Shown here: piece by piece, positions 1 through 9,861 of the stretch
Layout of the letters: each line of letters starts with the position of its first letter
Numbering within the stretch: the first letter of the stretch is position 1
NCBI GenBank assembly: GCA_036149055.1
Contig: JAYZQJ010000004.1
Span: forward strand, 32,001-96,000
Length of the DNA stretch: 64,000 nucleotides
Reading direction: 5' to 3'
Origin: Myxococcota bacterium
GTDB taxonomy: Bacteria; Myxococcota_A; Polyangia; Polyangiales; Sandaracinaceae
Translations under genes and position numbers: made by a program
Notes under the pieces: generated by a model
Told to the model about the DNA's origin: nothing
What the model saw: only the letters and a program-made list of their open reading frames with translations
Database searches by the model: none

Positions 1-521
1 CAGGCGCCCGCCGCGCAGGCGTCCATCGTGGTGCAGGCGTCGCCGTCGTCGCAGGCGGCGCCGTCCGGCACCGGGGTCGCGACGCAGCTCCCGGTGGCCG
101 GGTCGCAGCTGCCGACGTTGCAGGCGTCACCGGATCCGCTGCAGTCGAGCGCGTCTCCGACGCACGCCCCCGCGCTGCAGGCGTCCATCGTGGTGCAGGC
201 GTCGCCGTCGTCGCAGCTCGTCCCGTCGGGGCGCGGCGAGACCCCGCAGCTCCCGTCGAGCGGGTCGCAGGTGCCCACGTTGCACGCGTCGTCGAGGCTC
301 GAGCAGTCGACCCCGAGGCAGAGATCGTCCGGGCCGGCGTCGGGCGGGTCCTCGCCGCCGTCCTCGCCGCCGTCCCGCTCCTCGCCGGCGTCGATCGTGT
401 CGCCACCGTCGAGGGTGGCGACGCCGGAGTCGAGCTCGGTCTCTCCGGCGTCGCCGTCGGTCCCGCCGCTCGCGCACGCGGTGGTCAGGACGAGGGCGAG
501 CAGGATACGCGTGTAAGTCAT
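1..521 (-). CDS. Cys-rich repeat lipoprotein (5' part; runs off the left window edge)
   Basis: My translation from the ATG at 521 gives MTYTRILLALVLTTAC (lipobox-like), an acidic linker, then repeats CNVGxCDP...CDDGDACTTMDAC. No stop before position 1. Not in the ORF track because it is truncated. Confidence 0.8.
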   Translation of the reverse strand, partial: MTYTRILLALVLTTACASGGTDGDAGETELDSGVATLDGGDTIDAGEERDGGEDGGEDPPDAGPDDLCLGVDCSSLDDACNVGTCDPLDGSCGVSPRPDGTSCDDGDACTTMDACSAGACVGDALDCSGSGDACNVGSCDPATGSCVATPVPDGAACDDGDACTTMDACAAGA

Positions 522-561
522 CCGTGGATTCTTACACGTCCTCCCTCGCCTTACGACGATC

Positions 562-1812
562 TCACAGCGACCGCAGATAGGCGGCGAGATCGGCGGCCGC
601 CTCGGCGGACAGGCCCAGCCCCAGGACCGCGTCGTAGTGGGCCACCACGTCCTCGAGGGTCTCGGCGCTGCCGTCGTGGAAGTAGGGCGCCCGGTGCCAG
701 GCGCCCCGGAGCGGCGTGGTCCGGTACATGCCCGTGACGCTGCGGCGGGCCTCGGTCGGATCCATGCCGGTCTCCTCCGGCGCGTGCAGCGTGGGCGCGT
801 CGGTGAACGTGCTCCCCGCGTGGCAGCTCGCGCAGCTCGCCTCGAAGACCGTCCGCCCGCGCGCGGCCGCGGCGGCGTCGAAGCTCCCCTCGGGCGGAGA
901 CGGCGCGGGGATGGACAGCTGGTAGTCGCGGAGCGCCGGCAGCTTGGGGGTGACCAGGTCCGGCTCCTGCACGATGTCGAGGCCGAGGCGCTCGTCCTGG
1001 AAGTTGCCGTGCCCACCCATCTGGGTGACCGCGACGTAGGCGTTCCAGTACGAGAGGGGTCCCTCGCCGGTGTAGGTCTCGAGCGGCACGCCGGCGAGCC
1101 CGTAGGCCGGCGGGATGAGGACCGGCGCGCTCTCCCCGTCCTGGTTGAAGCGCGCGTCGAAGCGGCCCGGTCCCCAGCTCTCGAGCGCCGCCCTCGCCGC
1201 CTCGGTCTCCACCCCGAGGCTCGCGGCCAAGGTCGGGAGGCCGGGCGTCAGCGCGAGGATCGCGCCCGGGTCGAGGTCGCGGTTCGGCCAGCCGTCGAGC
1301 CGGCTCCCCACGCCCGGCATCGCGGAGTCGTCCACCGTCGAGTGGCAGAGCGCGCAGGTGATGCCGACGCGGGTCACCGCGCCGTCCTCGACCGTGGCGC
1401 GCACCCCCACCACCGCGTTCAGCGAGAGCAGGGCCACGGTGGTCGCCGGGTCGTCGAGGTCGGCGGACGCGAGCACCTCCGGCGGCACCGCCTCCGCGTC
1501 GACCTTCAGCCCGACCGCGAGCGCGGTCGTCGGCGGGATGGCGCTCACCAGCTCGTTCAGCCGGAGCACGTCGGTCCACAGCTGCTCGTCACCGAAGGTG
1601 TCGTGCCGGAAGATGCATTGCCCGTCGTCGAGCGCGCATGGGCCGAGGTCCACGCCGCCGTCGGTGGGCCCCGCGTCCGGCGGTCCGGCGTCGGCGGTCG
1701 GCCCCGCGTCGAGTCTCCGGCCGGCGTCGTCCGGCTCGGCGTCGCCGTCGTCGCAGCCCACGAAGAGCAGGGCGAGGACGCCCAGCGCGCTCCAGATGAT
1801 TCGTCGTTCCAT
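562..1812 (-). CDS. Di-haem c-type cytochrome lipoprotein (C-terminus resembles cytochrome c peroxidase/MauG family)
   Basis: Lipobox LFVGC; two CxxCH motifs (CALCH, CASCH); C-terminal TTPLRG...APYFHDGSAETLEDVV motif. Confidence 0.75.
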   Translation of the reverse strand: MERRIIWSALGVLALLFVGCDDGDAEPDDAGRRLDAGPTADAGPPDAGPTDGGVDLGPCALDDGQCIFRHDTFGDEQLWTDVLRLNELVSAIPPTTALAVGLKVDAEAVPPEVLASADLDDPATTVALLSLNAVVGVRATVEDGAVTRVGITCALCHSTVDDSAMPGVGSRLDGWPNRDLDPGAILALTPGLPTLAASLGVETEAARAALESWGPGRFDARFNQDGESAPVLIPPAYGLAGVPLETYTGEGPLSYWNAYVAVTQMGGHGNFQDERLGLDIVQEPDLVTPKLPALRDYQLSIPAPSPPEGSFDAAAAARGRTVFEASCASCHAGSTFTDAPTLHAPEETGMDPTEARRSVTGMYRTTPLRGAWHRAPYFHDGSAETLEDVVAHYDAVLGLGLSAEAAADLAAYLRSL

Positions 1813-1877
1813 GGCTGTCTCCCCTCGCCACGCCGAGCCGCGCGGGGCGGACCGCGTTACAGGCGATATGCTCCGGC

Positions 1878-2714
1878 GTGGCCTTCGACCCGGCTCCCAA
1901 CCGCGACCCGTCGGGGAACGAGCGCTGGATGGTGCTCGGGGCCTTCGTGTTCGGGGTCGTCGCGCTGGTGGCGATCGTGATCGACGACTACCAGCCGGCG
2001 AAGCTCGCGCCGGTCTTCATGCTGCTCGCGTGGTTCCCGCTCATCGCCCTGCACGAGCTCGGGCACCTGCTCGCGGCCCGCGCCCTCGGCTGGGAGGTGC
2101 GGGAGATGGTGATCGGCTTCGGCTCCGAGATCGCGCGCTTCACGGTGCGCGGGCTCCCGGTCCGGCTGAAGATGTATCCGATCGCCGGCTGGGTGACGCC
2201 GGTGCCGACCACGCTGCGCGGCGTGCGCTGGAGGAGCGCCCTCGTCTACCTCGCCGGCCCGCTCGTCGAGCTGACGCTCGTGCTCGTCCTGCTGGGGGTG
2301 ATCGGCTGGGACGAGATGCTCTCTCGCACCGATCGCGTCGGCGTGATCGCCGCGCAGGGCGTGGCCCTCGCCGCGCTCCTCGACGTCATCAGCAACCTGA
2401 TCCCCCGGTCCGCCCAGACCGAGCACGGCTGGAGCCACACCGACGGCCTCGGGGCCCTGCGCGCGCTCAGCCGCCCGCGCGCCGAGTACGTCGCGCTCGT
2501 GCGCGAGGTGCACGAGGAGAAGATCGCGGACGCGGTGGCCGCGCGCGACGGCGGCGCCCTGCTCGACGCGTGCGAGGTGGCCTACGCCGCGCTCGGCGAC
2601 GACCCGCACCTCCGCTCGATGATGGGCGCCGCGGTGGCCGAGCTGTCGCGCGACGGCGGCCTCGACGCGCGGGGCCGCCGCCTCCCGGACGCGGTGCTGC
2701 GGCGCGCCGGCTGA
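1878..2714 (+). CDS. Site-2 protease / M50 family membrane metallopeptidase
   Basis: HELGH zinc motif in a TM segment, IGFG, LAGP and NLIP...DG motifs. Confidence 0.85.
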   Translation: MAFDPAPNRDPSGNERWMVLGAFVFGVVALVAIVIDDYQPAKLAPVFMLLAWFPLIALHELGHLLAARALGWEVREMVIGFGSEIARFTVRGLPVRLKMYPIAGWVTPVPTTLRGVRWRSALVYLAGPLVELTLVLVLLGVIGWDEMLSRTDRVGVIAAQGVALAALLDVISNLIPRSAQTEHGWSHTDGLGALRALSRPRAEYVALVREVHEEKIADAVAARDGGALLDACEVAYAALGDDPHLRSMMGAAVAELSRDGGLDARGRRLPDAVLRRAG

Positions 2715-3977
2715 TCAGCGCAGGGCGCGGAGCGCGCGCTGCACGGCCTCGCGATCGATGGTGCCCTGCCCCTCGAGCGCCCGCTGGTAGAAGGTCCGCG
2801 CCTGGCCGGCCTGACGGCGCGCGCGCATCACGTCGCCCATCAGCGCGAGGGCGGGGGCGTGGCTCGGGTGCTGCCCGATGACGCGCTGCAGGAAGCCGAC
2901 GGCGAGCACCGGGCGCTCCTGCGCGAGCGCGAGGCGGGCGGCCTGCACGAGCGGCTCGGGGTTGCGGGGGTCGAGGTCGGCGGCGTGGCGGTACTGCTCG
3001 TAGGCCTCCTCCGCGCGCTCGGTGCTCGCGAAGACCTGCGCGAGCGCCATCACGCTCTCGGCGTCGTTGGGCACGTCGTCGAGCGCGTCGCGGAGGGTCT
3101 CCTCGGCCGCCTCGTACTGGCCGGCGGCGGCGAGGGCCCGGCCGAGCCCGGCGCGCGCGCCCGCGAGGTGCGAGTCGCCCGCGATCGCCTCGCGGTAGAC
3201 GCGGATCGCCTCCTCGTGCTCACCGGCGGCGCTGAGCGCGTCGCCGAGCGCGGCCTGCGCCGCCGACCACCCGGGCCGGTTCTGCACCGCCTCGCGGAGG
3301 TGCTGCGCCGCCTGCGGGCCGCTGAGGAGGCGGCCGAGCTCGAAGTCCACGTCGGGGTCGTTCGGGGCCAGCTCGTGGGCGCGCCGGAGGTGCTGCACGG
3401 CCTGCTCCTCGCCATGCGCGGCCGCGAAGAGCTGCCCGAGGCCGAGGTGCGGCTCGGCGCTCTGCGGGTTCGCTCTGATCGCGCGACCGTAGGCCTCCTC
3501 GGCCTCCTGGATGGAGCCGCGCAGCCGGTGCGCGTCGCCGAGCGCGAGCAGCGCCTCGAAGTCGTTCGGCGCGGTCTGGAGCGCGGCCTCGAGCTCCTCG
3601 AACGCGCGCGACGAGCGGTTCCAGGCGAGGAAGGCGCGGGCCATGCACACGTGCCCGACCGCGCTGTCCCGATCCGCGCGCTGGATCGCGCGACACTGCC
3701 CCCGCGCCCGGCGGTACTCGTTCTGCGCGAACTCGACCCGCGCCGCCTCGTAGAGCGCCGCCGGATCGCCGCGCCGCAGCCGGGCCGCGCGCCGCAGCGT
3801 CGCGCTCGCCTCCCGGTAGCGCCCCGCGTCGAGCTGCGCCCGGCCGAGCGCGACCTGGGCGTCGTAGTCCCGCGGGTTCGCGCGCGCGGCCTCTCGCAGA
3901 CCGGCGAGCGCCGTCTCCTGGGCGAGCGCCGGGCTGGCGGCGAGGACGAGCGAGAGGGCGATGGTGAGTCGAATCAT
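2715..3977 (-). CDS. Secreted tetratricopeptide repeat protein
   Basis: Signal peptide (ALA-Q) followed by ~10 TPR-like helical repeats. Confidence 0.85.
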   Translation of the reverse strand: MIRLTIALSLVLAASPALAQETALAGLREAARANPRDYDAQVALGRAQLDAGRYREASATLRRAARLRRGDPAALYEAARVEFAQNEYRRARGQCRAIQRADRDSAVGHVCMARAFLAWNRSSRAFEELEAALQTAPNDFEALLALGDAHRLRGSIQEAEEAYGRAIRANPQSAEPHLGLGQLFAAAHGEEQAVQHLRRAHELAPNDPDVDFELGRLLSGPQAAQHLREAVQNRPGWSAAQAALGDALSAAGEHEEAIRVYREAIAGDSHLAGARAGLGRALAAAGQYEAAEETLRDALDDVPNDAESVMALAQVFASTERAEEAYEQYRHAADLDPRNPEPLVQAARLALAQERPVLAVGFLQRVIGQHPSHAPALALMGDVMRARRQAGQARTFYQRALEGQGTIDREAVQRALRALR

Positions 3978-4053
3978 GAGAGACCTCGGGGGCTTCCGAC
4001 GCAGCGAGGCGTCGGATCTTCAGTGCTCTCTATACCACCGGCGCGCGCCGCGC

Positions 4054-5787
4054 TCAGAAGGACCGGAGATGCGCCACCAGATCGGCGCGCTGGCCGTCGT
4101 CGAGGTGCTCGATGCGCCCGTGCCCCGGCGTGTGGCACTCCGCGAACCGGGCCTCGAGGGTCTCGGCGCAGCCGTCGTGGAACAGCGGCAGCCGCTCGGC
4201 GAGGCCCACGAGCGGGGGCGTCTGGAACGCGCCTCCGGTCCCGACGTCGTGGGAGCGGCCGTCGGTGCCGCGGGCGCCCGAGTGACAGCGCGCGCAGCCG
4301 ATCTCGGGGTCGCGGAAGAGGGCCCGGCCGCGTCGGGCCGCGTCGCGATCACGCTCGAGCGGCCGCGGGGGATCGGGGAGGGTGTCGACCCAGCGCTCGA
4401 GCGCCTCGACGTCCCCGGGGCCCGGCGCCTCGCCGCCCATGCGCTCCACGAACACCAGGCTCATCAGATCGGCGAAGGAGGCGACGTCGCCCGCCCAGTG
4501 GAAGGGCGCGCTCCCCGCGATGCCGCCGGTCAGCGTCTGCGTGCGGCGCGCCGCGTGGTCGAGGCGCCAGACGTGCCCGTCGTCGGCGCCCTCCGGATGG
4601 CACGTGGCGCAGGCGACGCCCCGCGCGGTGACGTCGTGGAAGAGCTCGTGCCCGCGGTCCGGGGGCGCCCCCTCGCCGAGGCGCGCGTGTCGGCCTCCGT
4701 ACTCGGTCGGCCGGCGGTCCTCGAAGATCCCGATCCCCGGCGGGTCGACGTACTGGGTCACGATGCCCACCGCCGGGTGGAAGGCCAGCGCGACCGGCCG
4801 GCCTCCGTCGTGCCTCCGCGACGCGTAGGGGAAGTCGCGGCCCGTCTCCGGGTAGAGGATGGTGACCTCGCGCCGCCCGGCCTCGGCGACCGCGATCCGA
4901 TCCGGCGCGAGCGCCACCGCGTCGACCGGGAGCGCGACGAAGTCGAAGGCGGCGGTGCGCTCGACCCGCCCGTCCCGGAAGCGGGTGACGCCGGTCTCGA
5001 CGACGCCGCCCCCGTAGTACCGGTCGCGGCCCTCGAGCGCCTCGCCGACCAGCGGATCGGTCAGGTGCCACTGGTGCAGCATCCAGTGCCCGCCGTCGGG
5101 CGCGCCCAGCGTGCGCCAGGCGACCCGGGCCGCGAACCCGAGGTCGTCGACGTCGCCCACCGGTCCGCGCCGGTCCGGCGGGGTCGTGGACACGGCGCGG
5201 GCGCTCGAGACCCGCACCAGCTCCGCGCTCCGGAAGCGGGACACCCAGACGCCCTCGGCGCCGGCCCCGACGTCGCGGAGATCGCCCCGGAGCTCGCGCG
5301 TGCGCCGGCCGCCGCGCGGGTCGAGGGTCACGAGGTCGCCCCCCGCGCACGCCACGTGCAGGACGTCTCCCTCGAACGCCAGGCCGGTGGGCGACGGACA
5401 GACGGCGCGCCGCCGGGGGCGAGGCCGACCGGTCGCGAAGGACACGACCGCCGCGGCTCCGCGCAGGGTGACGTGCGCGACGCCGACGTCGTCGACGACC
5501 ACGCGGCCCGGGCGGTCCCCCGGGTCCAGCCACACCGGCTCGAGGACCTCCAGCGCCTCGCCCTCGAGGTCGACGCGCCACACGACGTCGCGATCCGGAT
5601 CGGCCGCGATCGCCATCCGGCCGTCCGGCGTGAGCGCGAGGCTGCCCCCCGACAGCGGCGCGGGCGCGCGGTGAGCCCTCACCTCCGGGTGCGGGATCTC
5701 CGTCTCGACGGTCGGCGCGGCGGCCGGCGGCTGGGTCAGCGGCGGCGCGCAGGCGGAGAGCGAGACGAGCAGGAGCCAGGGGCGCAT
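4054..5787 (-). CDS. Lipoprotein with YVTN/YncE-like beta-propeller and C-terminal di-haem cytochrome c (peroxidase-like) domain
   Basis: Start re-picked at MRPWLLLVSLSAC (lipobox); propeller-like repeats (LALTPDG); CATCH and CARCH; TPPLVG..PLFHDG motif. Confidence 0.75.
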   Translation of the reverse strand: MRPWLLLVSLSACAPPLTQPPAAAPTVETEIPHPEVRAHRAPAPLSGGSLALTPDGRMAIAADPDRDVVWRVDLEGEALEVLEPVWLDPGDRPGRVVVDDVGVAHVTLRGAAAVVSFATGRPRPRRRAVCPSPTGLAFEGDVLHVACAGGDLVTLDPRGGRRTRELRGDLRDVGAGAEGVWVSRFRSAELVRVSSARAVSTTPPDRRGPVGDVDDLGFAARVAWRTLGAPDGGHWMLHQWHLTDPLVGEALEGRDRYYGGGVVETGVTRFRDGRVERTAAFDFVALPVDAVALAPDRIAVAEAGRREVTILYPETGRDFPYASRRHDGGRPVALAFHPAVGIVTQYVDPPGIGIFEDRRPTEYGGRHARLGEGAPPDRGHELFHDVTARGVACATCHPEGADDGHVWRLDHAARRTQTLTGGIAGSAPFHWAGDVASFADLMSLVFVERMGGEAPGPGDVEALERWVDTLPDPPRPLERDRDAARRGRALFRDPEIGCARCHSGARGTDGRSHDVGTGGAFQTPPLVGLAERLPLFHDGCAETLEARFAECHTPGHGRIEHLDDGQRADLVAHLRSF

Positions 5788-5845
5788 GTCGTCGAGCGGT
5801 ACCGTCCGGAGCCGCTCGCGCATTCCCGTGGGGTAGAGTCGCGGG

Positions 5846-6688
5846 GTGAGCGACACGGTGACCACCCACGCGGGCGTGACGATGCCCGCCATCGTCTACG
5901 GGACGGCGTGGAAGAAGGAGCGCACGGCGGAGCTGGTGGCGACGGCGCTCGCGTGCGGCTTCCGCGGGGTCGACACCGCCTGCCAGCCCAAGCACTACGA
6001 CGAGGCCGGCGTCGGGCGGGGCCTGATGAGCGCGCTCGGCGACGGGATCGCGCGGGACTCGATCTACGTGCAGACGAAGTTCACGCCGCTGCCCGGCCAG
6101 GACCCGGCTCGCGTGCCGTACGACGCCGCGGCCCCGCTCGCCGCGCAGGTGACCCAGTCGGTCGACCGCTCCCTCGCGAACCTCATGGTCGGCCGCCTCG
6201 ACTCGCTCGTGCTGCACTCGCCGATGGCCCGGGCGGAGGACACGCTCACCGCCTGGCGCGCGATGGAGGCGGCGCACGACGAGGGGCGGGTCCGCCAGCT
6301 CGGGATCTCGAACTGCTATCGGCCGGAGGTCTTCGAGCAGCTCTGGGCGGCGGCGCGGGTCAAGCCGGCGGTGCTGCAGAACCGCCTCTACCGCGAGAGC
6401 GGCTACGACGTGGAGCTGCGCGCGATCTGCCGCGAGCGCGGCGTCGCCTACCAGAGCTTCTGGACCCTGACCGCGAACCCGCACCTGCTCGAGGGCGGGC
6501 CGATCACGGCGGCCGCGGCGGCGCACCGGCGAACGCCCGCGCAGATCTTCTATCGCGCGCTGACCCAGCTCGGCGTGGTGCCCCTGATCGGCACGACCTC
6601 CGAGGCCCACATGCGCGAGGACCTCGACATCTTCTCGTTCACGCTCGACGACGGCGAGCGCGACGCGATCGCAGCCCAGCTGCGCTGA
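5846..6688 (+). CDS. Aldo/keto reductase
   Basis: YGT, GFRGVDTA, IYVQTK, LDSLVLHSP and QLGISN motifs. Confidence 0.9.
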   Translation: MSDTVTTHAGVTMPAIVYGTAWKKERTAELVATALACGFRGVDTACQPKHYDEAGVGRGLMSALGDGIARDSIYVQTKFTPLPGQDPARVPYDAAAPLAAQVTQSVDRSLANLMVGRLDSLVLHSPMARAEDTLTAWRAMEAAHDEGRVRQLGISNCYRPEVFEQLWAAARVKPAVLQNRLYRESGYDVELRAICRERGVAYQSFWTLTANPHLLEGGPITAAAAAHRRTPAQIFYRALTQLGVVPLIGTTSEAHMREDLDIFSFTLDDGERDAIAAQLR

Positions 6689-7955
6689 GGAGCAGCAGCG
6701 CCAGCCAGGGCGTGGACGCGCCGCCGGCCGCGCGGCAGCCGCAGCCCTCGGAGGGCGACGGCGGCGCGGGCCCTGCGTCGACGCACGCCGCCGGCGGGGA
6801 GACGTCGCGGGGCGCGCCGGTCACGCCGCCGTCGGGCGCCTCCGCGCCCTCGTGGCCGAGGTCGAAGGCGAGGTCCGGGTACCAGGCGGGGCAGACGTAG
6901 GCGACCTCGCTGCACGTCGGGCAGTCGGGCAGGCGGCGCACGTCGTCGAAGCGGAGGACCGGCGTCACGGTGTCGCCGCCGTCGGTCGAGCGCCCCACGG
7001 CGTAGCCGTCCCGGGTCTCGTCCACGCAGACCCAGAGCGTGTCACCAGAGGCGGTGACGCACGGGAAGTCGCCCTCGTGCGCGAGGGTGAAGGTGCGTCC
7101 GCCGTCGTCGCTCCGGTGCAGGCCCTCGGACGCGCGCAGGGCGACCCAGGCGCGCGCGCCGTCCGCCGAGAACGCCGCGTCGGCGACCGCGAGGCCCTCG
7201 AGCACGAGGGCGAAGGAGCGCCCGCCGTCCTCGCTGAGCAGCACCCGCTCGGGGCGGCCGTCGACCGCCCGCCGGGTCAGGTGCACGAGCAGCCGATCGG
7301 CGTCGGTCGGATCGATCGCGAGGAGCCGCGCGTTGCGCTCCCCCTCGAGGAGCGGGATCTCCCAGGCGGTGAACGAGCGGCCGCCGTCGCCCGAGCGATG
7401 CACGCCCACCGCCCGGGGCGTGGACGCGTCGGCGAGCCGCACACCGCTCAGGTAGACGACCTCGGGGTCGCTCGGGGCGAGGCGCAGCCGCTCCATCACC
7501 GTGCCCTCCGGGCGGGTCGCGATCCGCGCCCAGGTCCGCCCGCCGTCCTCGCTGCGCTCGAGGTGGTCGACGCCGTCGCTGACGAGCGCGTAGAGCTCGT
7601 CGGGGGCGCTCGGGCGCGCGTCGAGGTCGATGACGGAGGCGGCGTCGTAGGCGCGCTCGAAGCCGCAGCGGCCGCCCTGGCTGCGCCAGATCCCGGCGAT
7701 GTTGCCGACCACGATCGCGCCGTCCGAGGCCAGGACGAGGGGCGGGTCCTCTCGGGTCGGCAGCGTGCCCATCGCCGCCGCGCAGACCCAGCGCCAGTCG
7801 TCGCCGTCGTCGGTGAGCACCAGCCCCCAGGTCGCCCGGGCCACGAGCGCGCCCGAGCCGGGGTTCACCGCGATGCGCCCGACGAAGGGCTCGCGGCCAT
7901 GCGCCGCGGCGGGCGCGGGCGCGAGGAGGAGCAGGCCGAGGACGAGCCACCGCAT
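6639..7955 (-). CDS. Secreted BNR/Asp-box (sialidase-like) repeat protein with MYXO-CTERM-type sorting tail
   Basis: Start re-picked at MRWLVLGLLLLAPAPAAAHG; several SxDGGxTW/F Asp-boxes; C-terminal GCGCRAAGG + hydrophobic stretch + RRARRRR. Confidence 0.8.
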   Translation of the reverse strand: MRWLVLGLLLLAPAPAAAHGREPFVGRIAVNPGSGALVARATWGLVLTDDGDDWRWVCAAAMGTLPTREDPPLVLASDGAIVVGNIAGIWRSQGGRCGFERAYDAASVIDLDARPSAPDELYALVSDGVDHLERSEDGGRTWARIATRPEGTVMERLRLAPSDPEVVYLSGVRLADASTPRAVGVHRSGDGGRSFTAWEIPLLEGERNARLLAIDPTDADRLLVHLTRRAVDGRPERVLLSEDGGRSFALVLEGLAVADAAFSADGARAWVALRASEGLHRSDDGGRTFTLAHEGDFPCVTASGDTLWVCVDETRDGYAVGRSTDGGDTVTPVLRFDDVRRLPDCPTCSEVAYVCPAWYPDLAFDLGHEGAEAPDGGVTGAPRDVSPPAACVDAGPAPPSPSEGCGCRAAGGASTPWLALLLLSAAGLRSRRARRRRA

Positions 7956-8042
7956 CCCGCGAGCGAACCATCCCGTCGCGCCCGCGTCGAGGGCTGGCAC
8001 AGGGTGGCGCGTCGCCGGACATGTCGGCCCCTGTGGGTGCGA

Positions 8043-8057
8043 TGGCACGGCCGCTGC
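8043..8057 (+). promoter_or_regulatory. Putative sigma54 -24/-12 promoter
   Basis: TGGCACG-GCCG-CTGC (GG-N10-GC), 14 nt upstream of the ATG at 8072. Confidence 0.55.
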
Positions 8058-8071
8058 CTGAGGGCGCGCCC

Positions 8072-8878
8072 ATGCGACGACTCGTCTTGTCTTGTCTCCT
8101 GCTCGCCGGCTGCTCGAGCTCTCACGGCACGGGCCCGGACGCCGGCCGCCCGCTCGACGGCGCGTCCTGCGCGGGCGACCCGGACCTGTTCTGCGTCGAC
8201 CTGTGCGGCAGCGACGTGGGTCACTCCCCCGTCTGCGAGGACGGCGCCTGGCGTTGCCCCGGAGGGACCCGCGACGCGGAGAGCTGCCCGCCCGGCTGCG
8301 TCGGCCCGCCGCCCGGACCCGGCTGCGAGTGCGTCGGGGCGGCCTGGAGCTGCGACGACGGAGTCTGCCCCGACACCGTCCGCCCCTACGAGCGAGAGCA
8401 CCCCGCCAACCGCTGCACCGACGAGGGCGCCACCTGCCGCGCCGGGGACGGGGGCTGCGGGACCAACCTCTTCTGCACCTGCGAAGGCGGTCGGTGGGAC
8501 TGCCTGGTGGCCTCCCCCGACCCGGCGTGCTGGTGCGAGATCGAGCCCCGCCTCGGGAGCCGCTGCGTGGAGGAGGGCGCGAGCTGCGGCACCTGCTGTC
8601 CGGGCCCGGGCGAGTGGGGCCCGATGACCTGCGAGGACGGCCGCTGGGTCGACGCCCCCTGTCCTCCGATCGAGTGCGAGCACGAGTGCGGCAGCGAGGT
8701 CTGCGGCGACGGGCAGTACTGCCGATCCGAGTGCGGCCCGGCCGGCGGCCAGGTCTCGCGGTGCGAGGAGCTCCCCGCGGGCTGCGAGGGCTGCGATTGC
8801 CTGGAGGTCGACGACGAGCGCGAGGAGTGCGAGCGCCACGGGAGCCGCACCTACGTCTTCCCCCAGGTCTGCTTCTGA
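8072..8878 (+). CDS. Cys-rich lipoprotein, function unknown
   Basis: MRRLVLSCLLLAGC lipobox; very Cys-rich with CxCxxGxWxC-like modules. Confidence 0.75.
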   Translation: MRRLVLSCLLLAGCSSSHGTGPDAGRPLDGASCAGDPDLFCVDLCGSDVGHSPVCEDGAWRCPGGTRDAESCPPGCVGPPPGPGCECVGAAWSCDDGVCPDTVRPYEREHPANRCTDEGATCRAGDGGCGTNLFCTCEGGRWDCLVASPDPACWCEIEPRLGSRCVEEGASCGTCCPGPGEWGPMTCEDGRWVDAPCPPIECEHECGSEVCGDGQYCRSECGPAGGQVSRCEELPAGCEGCDCLEVDDEREECERHGSRTYVFPQVCF

Positions 8879-9070
8879 GCCGGAATCGTACGGCGTACGA
8901 TTCGGACCGCTCCGACTGTCCTCGCGATGGGACATGCTGGGCGCGGGCGGATCGCGGTCGCGAACCCCTGCTCGTTCCCCCCACGAGCGTGAACCCTCGC
9001 GATCGCGGTCCCACCCCCTCTCCTCTCCCGCGCGTTGCCCCCCGAGGGGTGCCGGGCTAGCTTCGCGGCC

Positions 9071-9859
9071 GTGACTCGACTCCTCCTCGGCGCCGGCCTC
9101 TTCGCCCTCCTCGCGCTCGGCGCGATCGGGTGCGGCGGGAACCGTCCGCGCGAGGCCCTCAGCTACGGCGAGAACGCGCGCCGCTCCTACGAGAACGCGC
9201 GCCGGGCCTTCGAGGACCGGGACTGCCTGACCGCCGATCCGCTCTTCCGCCGGATCCGGCGCGAGTACCCCTACAGCCGCTACGCCGCCCTCTCCGAGCT
9301 GCGCATCGCCGACTGTCACCTGGTCCAGAACCACTACACGGAGGCGATCCGCGCCTACCGCTCCTTCGTGCGGCACCGCCCGGCCCACGCCGACGTGCCC
9401 TACGCGGAGTTCAAGATCGCCGAGTCGTACTTCCGGCAGATCCCGAGCGAGTTCTTCCTGTCCCCGCCGCCCCAGGAGCGGGACCAGGCGGCGACCCGCA
9501 ACGCGCTGCGCCAGCTGCGCCGCTTCGTGCTCGACCACCCCGAGAGCGAGCACGTCGAGCGGGCCCGCGAGATGGTCCGCGACGCCCTCTCGCTGCTCGC
9601 CCGGCACGAGCTCTACGTGGCCGAGTTCTACCTGGGGCGCGACCAGCCGATGGCCGCGGTCGGTCGGCTCCGCCGCCTGCTCGACGTCTACGAGGGCAGC
9701 GGCATCGAGCCCCAGGCCCTGCTCCTGCTCGGCCGCGTGTACCTGCACATGCGCGAGGTCCGCGACGCCCGCCGCACCTTCGAGGAGCTGATCGATCGCT
9801 TCCCCGAGAGCGGCTACAGCGAGCAGGCGCAGGAGTTCCTCCGCCGCTTCGAGGGCTAG
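9071..9859 (+). CDS. bamD: Outer membrane protein assembly factor BamD
   Basis: Lipobox AIGC; YPYSRYA, HRPAHADVPYA, ERDQ and LARHELYVAEFY motifs typical of BamD/ComL. Confidence 0.9.
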   Translation: MTRLLLGAGLFALLALGAIGCGGNRPREALSYGENARRSYENARRAFEDRDCLTADPLFRRIRREYPYSRYAALSELRIADCHLVQNHYTEAIRAYRSFVRHRPAHADVPYAEFKIAESYFRQIPSEFFLSPPPQERDQAATRNALRQLRRFVLDHPESEHVERAREMVRDALSLLARHELYVAEFYLGRDQPMAAVGRLRRLLDVYEGSGIEPQALLLLGRVYLHMREVRDARRTFEELIDRFPESGYSEQAQEFLRRFEG

Positions 9860-9861
9860 CG

